Below, piece by piece: positions 16,567 to 28,412 of a stretch of 42,611 nt of DNA. The stretch is from Chloroflexota bacterium (GTDB taxonomy: Bacteria; Chloroflexota; Limnocylindria; P2-11E). The translations under genes and the position numbers were made by a program. The DNA lies in assembly GCA_005883775.1 (NCBI GenBank), contig VBEU01000049.1, positions 1 to 42,611 on the forward strand, in the 5' to 3' direction. Position 1 is the first letter of the stretch. Every line of letters starts with the position of its first letter. The notes beneath the pieces are model-generated. The model ran no database searches. It was not told the origin of the DNA and was given only the letters and a program-made list of their open reading frames with translations.

Positions 16567-17249
16567 TCGTCCAGATCCGCGAAGCGGTAGCCGACCCCGT
16601 AGACCGTAAGCAGATAGCGCGGTCGCGCGGGATCCGACTCCAGCTTGTGCCGGATGTTCTTGACGTGCGCGTCGATCGCGCGCTCGTACGATTCGAACGC
16701 CACGCCGTGCACGGCATCGAGGAGCTGCGCCCGCGTGAAGACCCGACCCGGTTCGCCCGCCATCGTGGCCACGAGCTGGAACTCCGTCGGCGTCAGCTCG
16801 ACGACGCGGTCGCCGACCGTCGCGCGCATCCGTGGCATATCGAGCGTGAGATCTCCGACACGAACGATCTCGGTGTCGGCTCGCGGACGCTCGGTGCGGC
16901 GAAGCACTGCGCGCACGCGGGCCACGAGCTCCTTCGGGCTGAACGGCTTCGTGACGTAATCGTCCGCGCCTATCTCGAGGCCCACGAGCTTGTCGGACTC
17001 TTCGCTGCGGCCGGTGAGCATCACGATCGGAACGTTCGATTCCCGGCGGAGCGTGCGCGCGACGTCGAGACCGTCGAGCTCGGGCAAGCCCAGATCGAGC
17101 ACGACCAGGTCGGGCTTCTGCGCCCGGGCGGTGGCCAGCGCGGCTTCTCCGTCGTGCGCCACGACGACCGCGAATCCCGCGTGCTCGAGATAGTCGCGCG
17201 CGAGCTGCACGATCTTCGGCTCGTCGTCGACGACCATGACCTTCCTCAT
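16563..17249 (-). CDS. OmpR/PhoB-family response regulator
   Basis: Receiver domain (MVVDDEPKI...DLVVLDLGLPELDG...TGRSEESDK) plus a winged-helix output domain (LTPTEFQLV...YLLTVYGVGYRF). Confidence 0.95.
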   Translation of the reverse strand: MRKVMVVDDEPKIVQLARDYLEHAGFAVVVAHDGEAALATARAQKPDLVVLDLGLPELDGLDVARTLRRESNVPIVMLTGRSEESDKLVGLEIGADDYVTKPFSPKELVARVRAVLRRTERPRADTEIVRVGDLTLDMPRMRATVGDRVVELTPTEFQLVATMAGEPGRVFTRAQLLDAVHGVAFESYERAIDAHVKNIRHKLESDPARPRYLLTVYGVGYRFADLDE

Positions 17250-17276
17250 CGCCGACCGAATCCTAGATAGGCCAAA

Positions 17277-17300
17277 GACGCCGGACCTGCGTCCGGCGTC
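17277..17300 (-). terminator. Hairpin (10-bp stem, 4-nt loop) followed by UUU, between the small membrane-protein gene and the response regulator gene
   Basis: Minus-strand RNA is GACGCCGGAC-GCAG-GUCCGGCGUC-UUUGG. The stem is perfect but the U tract is short, so this may be a partial terminator or attenuator. Confidence 0.45.
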
Positions 17301-17317
17301 CCACTGGCTCCGCGCGT

Positions 17318-17674
17318 CTACCGACCGCTGGGCGGAGGCGATGTCGTACCGGTGTCCTTGGGCTTCTCACCGTGCATCTCCTTGTGCAGCTCCTCCAGCC
17401 GCTCCCGCGGACTCTGGTAGTAGCCGCCGCCCCATCCGCCGCCGTAGCGCCGTCCCCATCCCCCGAACGCGCCGCGGATCAGGGCGAAGACAAGGAAGAT
17501 GAAGAGAAGCGGAAAGAGGAACCCGAACCCTCCGAAGAAGAAGGGGTGGTAGTAGAGGGCCGGAGCGACCGCGGTACCGGTCGTCGCAAGCCCCTGGGCG
17601 ACCCCCAGCTGATATGCGCCGATGCCGACGATCGCAGCGATCGCGAGCGTCACGATGATCCCGAAGCCTCGCAT
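17318..17674 (-). CDS. Small two-TM membrane protein with a Gly/Trp/Tyr-rich tail (hypothetical)
   Basis: 118 aa. AAAGGAG RBS before the ATG. TM1 IIVTLAIAAIVGIGAY, TM2 FGFLFPLLFIFLVFALI, then GGWGRRYGGGWGGGYY. It is the first gene upstream of the two-component pair. Confidence 0.6.
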   Translation of the reverse strand: MRGFGIIVTLAIAAIVGIGAYQLGVAQGLATTGTAVAPALYYHPFFFGGFGFLFPLLFIFLVFALIRGAFGGWGRRYGGGWGGGYYQSPRERLEELHKEMHGEKPKDTGTTSPPPSGR

Positions 17675-17761
17675 TGGTGTCTCCTTTTTGACGATGGCGT
17701 CGAGGAGAAGGGTCCCGCGGAGTGATGAACTGGCTATGAAGGAGCCGCGGAGAGTCGGATT

Positions 17762-18310
17762 TCAGCGCAGGACGCTATCGAGCCAGCGCGCGGCCGCCGC
17801 GACCGCTTCCGGCTCGCGGGCCCCGAAATCGTGGCCGGCTCCGGCGATGCGGACGAGGTCGATCCGCGGATTGTTCGCCGCAAGGCGCTCGAGGATCGCA
17901 AAAGGCCCGAGCTCGTCTGTGTCGCCCTGCACGACGAGCGTCGGGCACACCGTCGCCGCGAGCGCGGCCTCGTCGCGCGGCCGGGGACGCCTCGGTGGGG
18001 CGATCGGGTGGCCGAGGATCACGAGCGCGTCGGGTGGCTCTCGCTCGGCGAGGAATGCCGCGATACGGCCGCCGAACGAGCGGCCGACGAGAGCGACCCG
18101 CTCGTGGCCTTCGGCGCGTAGCGCGTCACGCGCAGTGCGAAGGTCCGCCATCTCCGAGACGTAATCCTTGCTCGGCCGCGACCCGCGGGTGCGAAAGGTG
18201 ATCGCCCGCGGCTCGATGCCAAAGCTCTCGAGAGCGGACGTGAGTGCCCGGAGGATCGGCTGCTCCGCGGTGCCGCCGTAGCCCGGGGCAAGGACCGCCG
18301 CTCGTTTCAA
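17762..18310 (-). CDS. Small alpha/beta hydrolase (dienelactone-hydrolase-like)
   Basis: 182 aa. Nucleophile elbow GRSFGG, plus a C-terminal Asp/His region (QGDTDELG, GAGHDF). The TTG start overlaps the ligD stop (TTGA). Confidence 0.7.
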   Translation of the reverse strand: MKRAAVLAPGYGGTAEQPILRALTSALESFGIEPRAITFRTRGSRPSKDYVSEMADLRTARDALRAEGHERVALVGRSFGGRIAAFLAEREPPDALVILGHPIAPPRRPRPRDEAALAATVCPTLVVQGDTDELGPFAILERLAANNPRIDLVRIAGAGHDFGAREPEAVAAAARWLDSVLR

Positions 18311-20700
18311 GCCGGCGGCTTCGGCAGCTTCTGCGCGAGGGCGAGCGATGGGCTCAACAGGTCGCCGACCGCATCGAGGCGAGCCGACATGTTGATCATC
18401 GTGAATGCGTCGGGCCGGCCGAGCGAGGCGATCTCCTCCCAGCGAAGCGGTGCCGAGACCGGGGCGCGCCGGATCGGACGAACGCTGTAGGGACCTGCCG
18501 TCGACTTCGCGCGCGTGTTCTGCAGGTAATCGATGTAGATCCCCCGCCGCTTCGCCTTACTGAACTCGAGCGTGACGAGCTTCGGCAGCCTCTCCCGTGC
18601 GAGCTGGCCTACGCGAAGCGCGAACGCGCGGCTTTCTTCGAAGCTGTACCGGCGAGCGATCGGGACCAGCACATGGATCCCGCGAGACCCCGTCGTCTTT
18701 GGGAAGCCGATCAGGCCGAGGTCGTCGAGGACAGCCTTGACAACGTGTGCGACCTCCTTCACGTCGTCCCAGGTCGCACCCTCCGCCGGATCGAGGTCGA
18801 TCATGACGTTGTCGGGTTTTTCCGGATCGTCGACACGCGCGAGCCGGGGATGGATCTCGATCGCGGTGTAGTTCGCCATCCATACAAGGGTCGCCATGTC
18901 GTTGGCGAGGACGTACGCGTTCTCCGGCTCGAGTGGATCCGTCCAGCTCTTGATCCACTCGGGCGTGAAGCCGGGCTTGTTCTTTTGATAGAAGTGGGTG
19001 CCGTGGATGCCGTCGGGAAACGGCTTCAGCGTGAGCGGCCGGTCGCGAAGCCAGGGCACCAGGTACGGCGAGACCTCGGTGTAGTACCGGACGAGATCTG
19101 CCTTGGTGTAACCATCCTCGGGGAAGAGGACCTTCTCGAGGTTCGTCAGCTTGATGCGTTTGCCCTCGACCTCCAGAACCGACGGGACGCGTGCACCCTG
19201 GTCGCCGTTGTCCGACGGAGCGCGGGCCGTCGTCGCCGCGCGCTTGGCGGCCTCCTGCGCCTTTCTCGCCGACTCGCGCCGCTCCTCACCCGTCGCATCA
19301 CGCGGATCGACGTCCTGGCGAAGGCCGCGATAGGTCGGATGCCGGAGCGTGCCGTCGCGCGTGATCTCCGCATACTCGACCTCGCAGACGAGCTCGGGCA
19401 GGCACCATCGCGCCGGCTGATTCGTCCTCGGCTTCGTCGCGAACGGCGACGTCGGTGACTCGTGCTCCTCCAGGATCCGCAAAAGATCGCGAAGCGTTCG
19501 CTCGTCGAATCCGGTGCCAACGTGCCCCACCGGCTGGAGCTTGCCATCGCGATACACGCCGAGCAGGAGCGCGCCGAGCGTCTTGGTGCGACCGCCCTGG
19601 CCCGCCGTCCATCCGCCGACCACGCACTCCATCGTGCGGAACGCCTTGATCTTCACCCACGCCGGCGAGCGCGCGCCCGGTAGATACATCGAGTCGAGGC
19701 GTTTCGCGACGATCCCTTCGATGCCCTGCTCGCGCGCCGCTTCGAAGAGCGCAACGCCGGTGCCGGGGAATCCCTCGCTGCGCCGGATCGAGCCCATCGG
19801 GGTGAGAGCCTCGTCGAGCCGCCGCAGACGCTCGCGCAGGGGCTTTCGCGTGAGGTCTTCACCGTCGGCATAGAGGATGTCGAAGACCTCGTAGATGACC
19901 GGCGTGGACCGGCGCAGCTTGCGCACGGTGCTCTCGTCGCTCACGTGCATGCGCGGCTGCAGGCGCTGGAAGCTCGGGACACCCTTCTCGTCCAGCGCGA
20001 CGACCTCGCCGTCGAGGATGGCGTGGTAGGCGCCGGTCAATGCCTCCGCGACCTGCGTGGCCTCCGGATACTGCTTGGTGCAGTCGAGGAGATTCCGCGT
20101 TTGGAGACGCACCTCACCGCCGTCGACGAAGGCGATCGTGCGGACACCGTCCCACTTCGGTTCATAAGTGAAGTCCGGCGAGTCGAATGGCTCCTCCGCC
20201 GCGGACGCGAGCATCGGCTCGATCTTTGAGAGAAGCGGATCGTTCTTCGGCGGAGTGCCGTGCTTGATCATCAGCCAGTCGCGGCCCTCGTTCTGCTTCG
20301 TCTGCACGATGACCCATTCGCCGTCCAGACGCGTGCCCTTCATCTTTATCTTCAGCTCGTTCGGCTTTTCCTCGATGAGCTCGTATGTGCCGGTGTCCCA
20401 GATCGTCATCGAGCCCGCGCCGTAACCATCGGGGATCACGCCGTGGAACGTCAGGTACTCGATCGGATGGTCCTCGGTGTGGACCGCGAGCCGCCGCTTT
20501 CCCGCCTCGAGGGGCGGGCCATTCGGGACGGCCCACGATGCGAGGATGCCGCGCATCTCGAGGCGAACATCCCAGTGAAGCCGTGTCGCGTGGTGCCGAT
20601 GCACGACGTAGCGGCGCGTCTCCTGGCCCTTCGGCTGTTTGCCTTTGGGTTCAGGACTACGGCCGAAGTCGCGTTTGCGCTGGTACTCGGTGAGGCTCAA
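18307..20700 (-). CDS. ligD: Multidomain NHEJ DNA ligase D (phosphoesterase-ligase-polymerase order)
   Basis: N-terminal PE domain (YVVHRHHATRLHWDVRLEMRGILASWAVPNGPP). ATP-ligase motif I EPKWDGVR. C-terminal primase-polymerase domain (KLTNLEKVLFPEDGYTKADLVRYY...KTTGSRGIHVLVP). TTG start at 20700. Confidence 0.95.
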   Translation of the reverse strand: MSLTEYQRKRDFGRSPEPKGKQPKGQETRRYVVHRHHATRLHWDVRLEMRGILASWAVPNGPPLEAGKRRLAVHTEDHPIEYLTFHGVIPDGYGAGSMTIWDTGTYELIEEKPNELKIKMKGTRLDGEWVIVQTKQNEGRDWLMIKHGTPPKNDPLLSKIEPMLASAAEEPFDSPDFTYEPKWDGVRTIAFVDGGEVRLQTRNLLDCTKQYPEATQVAEALTGAYHAILDGEVVALDEKGVPSFQRLQPRMHVSDESTVRKLRRSTPVIYEVFDILYADGEDLTRKPLRERLRRLDEALTPMGSIRRSEGFPGTGVALFEAAREQGIEGIVAKRLDSMYLPGARSPAWVKIKAFRTMECVVGGWTAGQGGRTKTLGALLLGVYRDGKLQPVGHVGTGFDERTLRDLLRILEEHESPTSPFATKPRTNQPARWCLPELVCEVEYAEITRDGTLRHPTYRGLRQDVDPRDATGEERRESARKAQEAAKRAATTARAPSDNGDQGARVPSVLEVEGKRIKLTNLEKVLFPEDGYTKADLVRYYTEVSPYLVPWLRDRPLTLKPFPDGIHGTHFYQKNKPGFTPEWIKSWTDPLEPENAYVLANDMATLVWMANYTAIEIHPRLARVDDPEKPDNVMIDLDPAEGATWDDVKEVAHVVKAVLDDLGLIGFPKTTGSRGIHVLVPIARRYSFEESRAFALRVGQLARERLPKLVTLEFSKAKRRGIYIDYLQNTRAKSTAGPYSVRPIRRAPVSAPLRWEEIASLGRPDAFTMINMSARLDAVGDLLSPSLALAQKLPKPPA

Positions 20701-20735
20701 TCTGTGGCCTTCGCCATTGTCGGGGAGGTCGCATC

Positions 20736-22367
20736 GTGACGTCCGCGCCGTTCTCGTCGCTCGTCAAGGACTACCTCGATGAGCGCTACGAGGAATCGCC
20801 GACCTGGGCCAGCATGCTCGGCCTCACCGCCTACGACGAGCGGTCGGAGGACCTCTCGGCGGAAGCGTTCCGCCGTCGCGAGGCCGCCGTTCGCGATTGG
20901 ACCAAGCGTCTGGCCGCGATTCCCGACGATGGCCTCAGCCCGGACGAACGCATCGACCGCGACGTGATCCTGGCGTCCCTGCGTGGCCGGGAGCTCACCC
21001 AGCCGCGTCTCGAGTGGAAACGTCAGCCAAATACCTATCTGAATCCCTCGCTCGGCGGAGTCTTCACTCTCTTCCTGCACCGTCTGCGGCCGGAGCGCGA
21101 CCTGGCCGAGGCGGCGCGCGCTCGTCTCCTCGGCGTCACGCGGCAGGTCGCCGACGGCAAAGCGAACCTGGATTTCGCGCTCGTACCGCGTATCTACGTG
21201 GACCGCGCGATTGGACAGGCGAAGGCCGCCGCCCGCTACGCGCTCGAGCTCGTGCCGCAGGAGGTGAAGGATCCGACGCTCCGGCAGAAGGTTGCAGAGG
21301 CGGGCGCGACGGCAGCGGGGTCGTTCGAAGACTTTGCCGCGTTTCTCGAGACGAACAAGGCGCGCGCCGCCGGGGACTATGCCATCGGCGAGGAGCTCTA
21401 CACGGCACTCCTGCGCGAGAAGGAGCTCCTTCCGTACGGCGTCCGCGAGCTTCAGGCTCGCGGACGCGAGCAATATGACCTGCTCTCGAACGAGGCGAAC
21501 AGGATCGCCGGTCAGATAGACGGAGGCGGCACGTGGACCGAGGTCTGCGAGCGCCTGAACCGGGTGCACGCGCCGACACCCGACGCGATGCGGGCTGAGT
21601 ACGAGGAGTGGACCGAACGCGCGCGCTCCTTTCTCGCGGACACCGGCCTCGTCACGCTTCCCCCGGGCGAGCGCTGCACGGTCGAACCGTCACCTCACTA
21701 CCAGCGTCCGATCCAGGCGGTCGCGAGCTACAACCAGCCGCCCGCGTTCAGCGATTCGCTGCACGGCCACTTCTTCGTGCCCTACCCGCCCGACGGAACA
21801 CCACCCGACGAGGTGCAGAAGCGCCTCGAGGGCAACTGCAGTGCGGGCATCCCCACGACGGCGGTCCACGAGGCCTACCCGGGACACCACTGGCACCTCG
21901 TGATGGCGAAGCAGAACCGCTCGTCAATTCGCCGGACGCACTTCACTTCATATTTCGCCGAAGGCTGGGGTCTCTACGCGGAGCGCGTCATGCGCGAGCA
22001 AGGCTTCTTCTCCGATCCCCGACACCTTTTGTTCCAGTACGAGGCGACGCTGTTTCGCGCCGCGCGCATCGTCGTGGACACCGCGCTGCACATGAACGAG
22101 ATGACCTTCGACGAGGCCGTTGATTTCATGGTCAAGAACGGGAACCTCACACCGCCGAACGCGAAGGCCGAGGTCGGACGGTACTGCTCGTGGCCGACGC
22201 AGGCGTCGAGCTACCTGACCGGGATGCTTGAGATCATCGACATCCGCACGCGATGGCTCGCCAAGCGCGGGTCGGCGGACCGCGGTGCGCTCCGCGCATT
22301 CCACGACGCGATCACGTCGACCGGCTCGATCCCGACCTCACTCGCGGAGCGGGCGATCGCGAGCTAA
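20736..22367 (+). CDS. DUF885-family protein (putative metallopeptidase-like)
   Basis: 543 aa. GTG start with a GGGGAGG RBS. Carries the DUF885-type motif HEAYPGHHWH and a pattern of conserved helical repeats. Confidence 0.7.
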   Translation: MTSAPFSSLVKDYLDERYEESPTWASMLGLTAYDERSEDLSAEAFRRREAAVRDWTKRLAAIPDDGLSPDERIDRDVILASLRGRELTQPRLEWKRQPNTYLNPSLGGVFTLFLHRLRPERDLAEAARARLLGVTRQVADGKANLDFALVPRIYVDRAIGQAKAAARYALELVPQEVKDPTLRQKVAEAGATAAGSFEDFAAFLETNKARAAGDYAIGEELYTALLREKELLPYGVRELQARGREQYDLLSNEANRIAGQIDGGGTWTEVCERLNRVHAPTPDAMRAEYEEWTERARSFLADTGLVTLPPGERCTVEPSPHYQRPIQAVASYNQPPAFSDSLHGHFFVPYPPDGTPPDEVQKRLEGNCSAGIPTTAVHEAYPGHHWHLVMAKQNRSSIRRTHFTSYFAEGWGLYAERVMREQGFFSDPRHLLFQYEATLFRAARIVVDTALHMNEMTFDEAVDFMVKNGNLTPPNAKAEVGRYCSWPTQASSYLTGMLEIIDIRTRWLAKRGSADRGALRAFHDAITSTGSIPTSLAERAIAS

Positions 22368-22371
22368 CGAC

Positions 22372-22794
22372 GTGGATCTTCCGCTCTGGGCCCAGATCCT
22401 TCTCGTCCTTATCGTGGTCTGGATCGTCGTCGCCGTGGCACTCGTCATCGCCGGTCGCGTCCTCCTCGCGCGCGAGCTCGCGCTCGTCCTTCCGAATCTC
22501 GTACGTCTCTTCACCGGCCTGCTTCGCGACGGGCGCGTCCCGATCCGCGCGAAGATCGTGCTTGGACTCGCTACTCTCTGGCTCGGGTCGCCGATCGACC
22601 TCATCCCCGACTTCGTGCCGATCGCCGGGCAGTTCGACGATGCGATCGTCGCCGCCCTCGCCCTTCGCTTCGTCCTTCGCACGACTGACGGCGTGGTCGT
22701 CCGTGAACACTGGCATGGGGACCCCGCCACGCTCGAACGGCTGCTTCGGATCGTCTCCTGGGGCGGCCGTGGCGCCCCGCGTGCGCTTCCTTGA
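22372..22794 (+). CDS. DUF1232 (YkvA-like) membrane protein
   Basis: In-frame GTG at 22372, 2 nt after the DUF885 stop. It has TM segments and the DUF1232 motif SPIDLIPDFVPIAGQFDDAIV. The longer track ORF (22228-) overlaps the DUF885 3' end. Confidence 0.65.
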   Translation: MDLPLWAQILLVLIVVWIVVAVALVIAGRVLLARELALVLPNLVRLFTGLLRDGRVPIRAKIVLGLATLWLGSPIDLIPDFVPIAGQFDDAIVAALALRFVLRTTDGVVVREHWHGDPATLERLLRIVSWGGRGAPRALP

Positions 22795-22809
22795 CCTAGC
22801 CGTTACGAT

Positions 22810-22827
22810 CGCGCGGCTAGCCGCGCG
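22810..22827. promoter_or_regulatory. Perfect 18-bp palindrome CGCGCGGCTAGCCGCGCG, 35 bp upstream of ku (candidate operator)
   Basis: The 9+9 inverted repeat was read directly. It sits in the 67-bp DUF1232-ku spacer and has no U tract after it. Confidence 0.35.
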
Positions 22828-22861
22828 GAAAAAGCAAAGCGGCTCACGAGGTGATTGGGGA

Positions 22862-23704
22862 ATGCCACGATCGATTTGGAAAGGCGTCATGAGCTTCGGG
22901 ATGGTCGCCATCCCGGTGCGCCTGTATCTCGCGACCGAGAGCTCCAGCAAGGTGTCGTTCAATCTTCTTTGCCCGGAGCACCGGAGCCGCATCAAGAACA
23001 AAAGGTGGTGCGTCGAGGGCGATCACGAGGTTGCGTGGGGCGACGTCGTGCGCGGATACGAATACGAGAAGGGCAACTACGTCGAGCTCACCGACGAGGA
23101 TCTCGAGAAGCTTCCCCTTCGCTCGAGCAAGGCCATCGATATCACCGGATTCATCAAGGATGAGGAGCTCCCCGGCGCGCTCTATTACCAGTCGGCCTAC
23201 TACCTCGAACCGGAGAAATCGGCGGAGAAACCGTACGCCCTCCTGAACAAGACGCTCGAGAAGACCGGACGCGTCGCCATCGCGAAGTTCGCGCTGCGCG
23301 ACCGCGAACGTCTTGTCTCGGTGCGTCCACTCGACGGGGCGCTCCTCATGAACACGCTCCACTGGCCGGACGAGATCCGATCGACGGAGGACCTCGATGT
23401 GCCGGAGGACGTGAAGGTCTCGCCGGCCGAGCTCAAGATGGCCGAGAACCTCGTCGGCATGATGGCGAGCGAGTTCGAGCCGTCCGAGTACAAGGACGAG
23501 TACAAGCAGGCGGTCCTGAAGCTGGTCGAGGCGAAGGTCCAGAAGAAAGAGGTCATCGAGGCACCCGAGCCCGAGGCGGAGACCACGGTGGTCGATCTCA
23601 TGTCGGCTCTCAAGGCCTCGGTCGAGAAGGCCAAGAAAGGCGAGGCCAAGACAAAGCGCGCAGCGGCGTCATCCTCGCGGACCGCGCGCAAAAAGGCTTC
23701 TTAG
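22862..23704 (+). CDS. ku: NHEJ DNA end-binding protein Ku
   Basis: ATG at 22862 with a GAGGTG RBS. MPRSIWKGVMSFGMVAIPVRLY is the canonical bacterial Ku N-terminus. It has a Lys-rich C-terminal tail. Track ORF 22253-23704 is the same frame over-extended. Confidence 0.95.
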   Translation: MPRSIWKGVMSFGMVAIPVRLYLATESSSKVSFNLLCPEHRSRIKNKRWCVEGDHEVAWGDVVRGYEYEKGNYVELTDEDLEKLPLRSSKAIDITGFIKDEELPGALYYQSAYYLEPEKSAEKPYALLNKTLEKTGRVAIAKFALRDRERLVSVRPLDGALLMNTLHWPDEIRSTEDLDVPEDVKVSPAELKMAENLVGMMASEFEPSEYKDEYKQAVLKLVEAKVQKKEVIEAPEPEAETTVVDLMSALKASVEKAKKGEAKTKRAAASSSRTARKKAS

Positions 23705-23721
23705 GACCGTATCCTCGGCAG

Positions 23722-24798
23722 GTGCCGTCGCACCAAGCAGAGCGACCGGAGGGCGCCGCTCATCCGACCCTGATCGATGTCGCCGAGGCGACGAGCGCGC
23801 TCCCACGGGCGATCATCCCGATGCGCCCACGCTTGGCGGCGCGAGCCTTCAACTCGCCCGAGTACGTCTTCGAGCTGAAGTGGGACGGGATCCGAGCTCT
23901 CGCGGCACGTGACGGGAACGGACTTCGCGTGACGGATCGCGCCGGCGGCGATCTGCTTGGGGCGGTGCCCGAGCTGCAGGACCTGCGCCTGCCGGAAGGC
24001 ATGGTCGTCGACGGCGAGATCGTCGTCTGCGATTCGCGCGGCCGTCCGAGCTACGACCTCCTCGCCGGACGGCTCGGTCCCAAAGCCGCGAAGCGTGGCC
24101 GTGGCCCGATCTTCGTGGCGTTCGACCTCGTGTACGCGGAGGGCCGCCCGCTCATCTCGCGGCCACTGGCGGAGCGCCGTGCTCGCCTGCTCGGCGCGGG
24201 CATCGGCTCGCGCATCCTCGCGGTGCCGGAGCACCTGGACGACGACGGCGAGCCCTTCCTCGAAGTGGTAGCGGAGTACGGGCTCGAGGGCATCGTCGCG
24301 AAGAGGCGGGACGGACGGTACGTGCCGGGCACGCGAACCTCCGACTGGCTCAAGTGTCACGTTACGCCGCGCGCCGACGTCGTCGTCGGCGGACTCGTCG
24401 TCGACGAACAGCGGGGCGCACGGACGCTGCTCTGCGGCGTGCGCACCGACGACGGTGCGATCGTTTTTGCGGGCGACGCCTACGTGCCGCCCTTCCTTGG
24501 CGAATGGCTCGATGTGGCGACCCGTGATTTTGCGGCCATCGCCTCGCCATTCGCGACGCCGGTCGCCTTGCGCGATGGCATTCGCTTCCTGCGTCCGCGT
24601 TTGGTCGCCATCGTCGAGCACGCCGGACTCGAGAACGGAGAGCTGCGCGACGCGCGATTCCGCGGTCTGCGACTCGACGGACACCTGGATGATTGCCGCC
24701 GTGACGAGCCGGTGGAGGTCCCGTCCTACCCGCCACACACGACACGAGATCGGCCCCGACTCATCGTTTTGAACAGCCTTCCCTTCCCCGTCTCATAA
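23722..24798 (+). CDS. Stand-alone ATP-dependent DNA ligase (LigC/LigD ligase-domain-only type)
   Basis: Motif I ELKWDGIR. Also has FDLVYAEG, EGIVAKR and a KxK-type region (DWLKCH). No PE or Pol domains. The start is uncertain: GTG at 23722 or ATG at 23821. Confidence 0.85.
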   Translation: MPSHQAERPEGAAHPTLIDVAEATSALPRAIIPMRPRLAARAFNSPEYVFELKWDGIRALAARDGNGLRVTDRAGGDLLGAVPELQDLRLPEGMVVDGEIVVCDSRGRPSYDLLAGRLGPKAAKRGRGPIFVAFDLVYAEGRPLISRPLAERRARLLGAGIGSRILAVPEHLDDDGEPFLEVVAEYGLEGIVAKRRDGRYVPGTRTSDWLKCHVTPRADVVVGGLVVDEQRGARTLLCGVRTDDGAIVFAGDAYVPPFLGEWLDVATRDFAAIASPFATPVALRDGIRFLRPRLVAIVEHAGLENGELRDARFRGLRLDGHLDDCRRDEPVEVPSYPPHTTRDRPRLIVLNSLPFPVS

Positions 24799-24886
24799 AG
24801 CCTGCAGTGCTCGGGGCTAACGCCCTGCGCTCCGCTGCTCGTAGTGCTCATGGCTAACGCCCCTGCGCTCTGCTCCTTCGGAGTAG

Positions 24887-27332
<2,446 letters not shown>

Positions 27333-27336
<4 letters not shown>

Positions 27337-28412
27337 CGGCGGGGTGCTTCGACGAGCAGCATGTCGCGGAGGTCCGCGTTCGCCACGCCACAGAGATCGA
27401 GCACGCAGAGTGTCAGAGCTGCGACGTCTGATTCCGCGCGTCCCGTCTTGATGACCTGGTCGGTCGCGTAGATCGTCTCGTACGCGCGAACGACGTCCGC
27501 GCGCGTCACGCGGCGCGCGAAAGCGGTGGCCCGCTGGATCGCATACGGACTCGAGCGAATTGCCTTGGCCATCCGCTCGGCATCGGCGCTCGACCGCATC
27601 GCCGAAGCGAACAGAAGCACTCGAAATTGCCACAGCAGCAAAGCGAGGATCTGCTGGACCGCGTTGCCGTCGGCGAGAAGCCGTTCGAGCGTGGCAACGG
27701 CGGTACGAGAGTCTTTGCGGACGACCGCCTGGGTCAGTTCGAACACGTCCGCTTCGATCGCGCCGCTCACGAGGGTCCGCACGTCTTGTGCGGTCACCGT
27801 CGCCTGATTTGTGTACGCCCCGAGTTTCTTTATCTCCTGCTCGATGCGCTCCGTGTCACCGCCCACAGCCGAGGCGAGCGTGCCCACCGCGTCTGGCTGG
27901 AGCTTGACTCCGTGCAGGCGCGCGCGAGCCGAGATCCAACCCGGCACGTCGACCGGCCCGAGCCGCTCGATGCGCTCGACGGATCCCCCCGCCGCCTCGA
28001 CGGCCTCGAGCAGATTCGTGGCAGGAGCGTTCGGCGCTTTCGCACGTTGACCACTCCGTCGCGCCCGTCCGGCCGGCAGACGTTCGACGGAAACGAGAAC
28101 GAGCGCGGCCTCGCGCGGGAAGGATGCGATCAGGTCGAGCTCCCCGAGCGCCTCAGCGTGGTCGACGATGACGACGCGCGGCTCGTCGAGGACATCGAAC
28201 AGGCCCTGTGCCTGGCCCGACAGCATGATCGCGCCGGGTGTGTCGAGGCGAGCGTCATGACGGGTGACCCCGAGCAAGGTGCCGAGATGCGGCTCGGCCA
28301 ATGTGGAGAGATCGGTCGCTCCCGTGGGCGCGCCTGAAAGGAGCGCCGCCACGAGCTCACCCAGCCGGAGGCGCGTGCGGAAGGAATCCTCCCCGTGGAG
28401 GAGGAAGACCAT
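27333..28412 (-). CDS. holA: DNA polymerase III delta subunit
   Basis: Start taken at the internal ATG at 28412 (MVFLLHGEDSF...). It has delta-subunit length and a helical C-terminal pattern, and the classical comEC-holA synteny. Identity rests partly on context. Confidence 0.75.
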
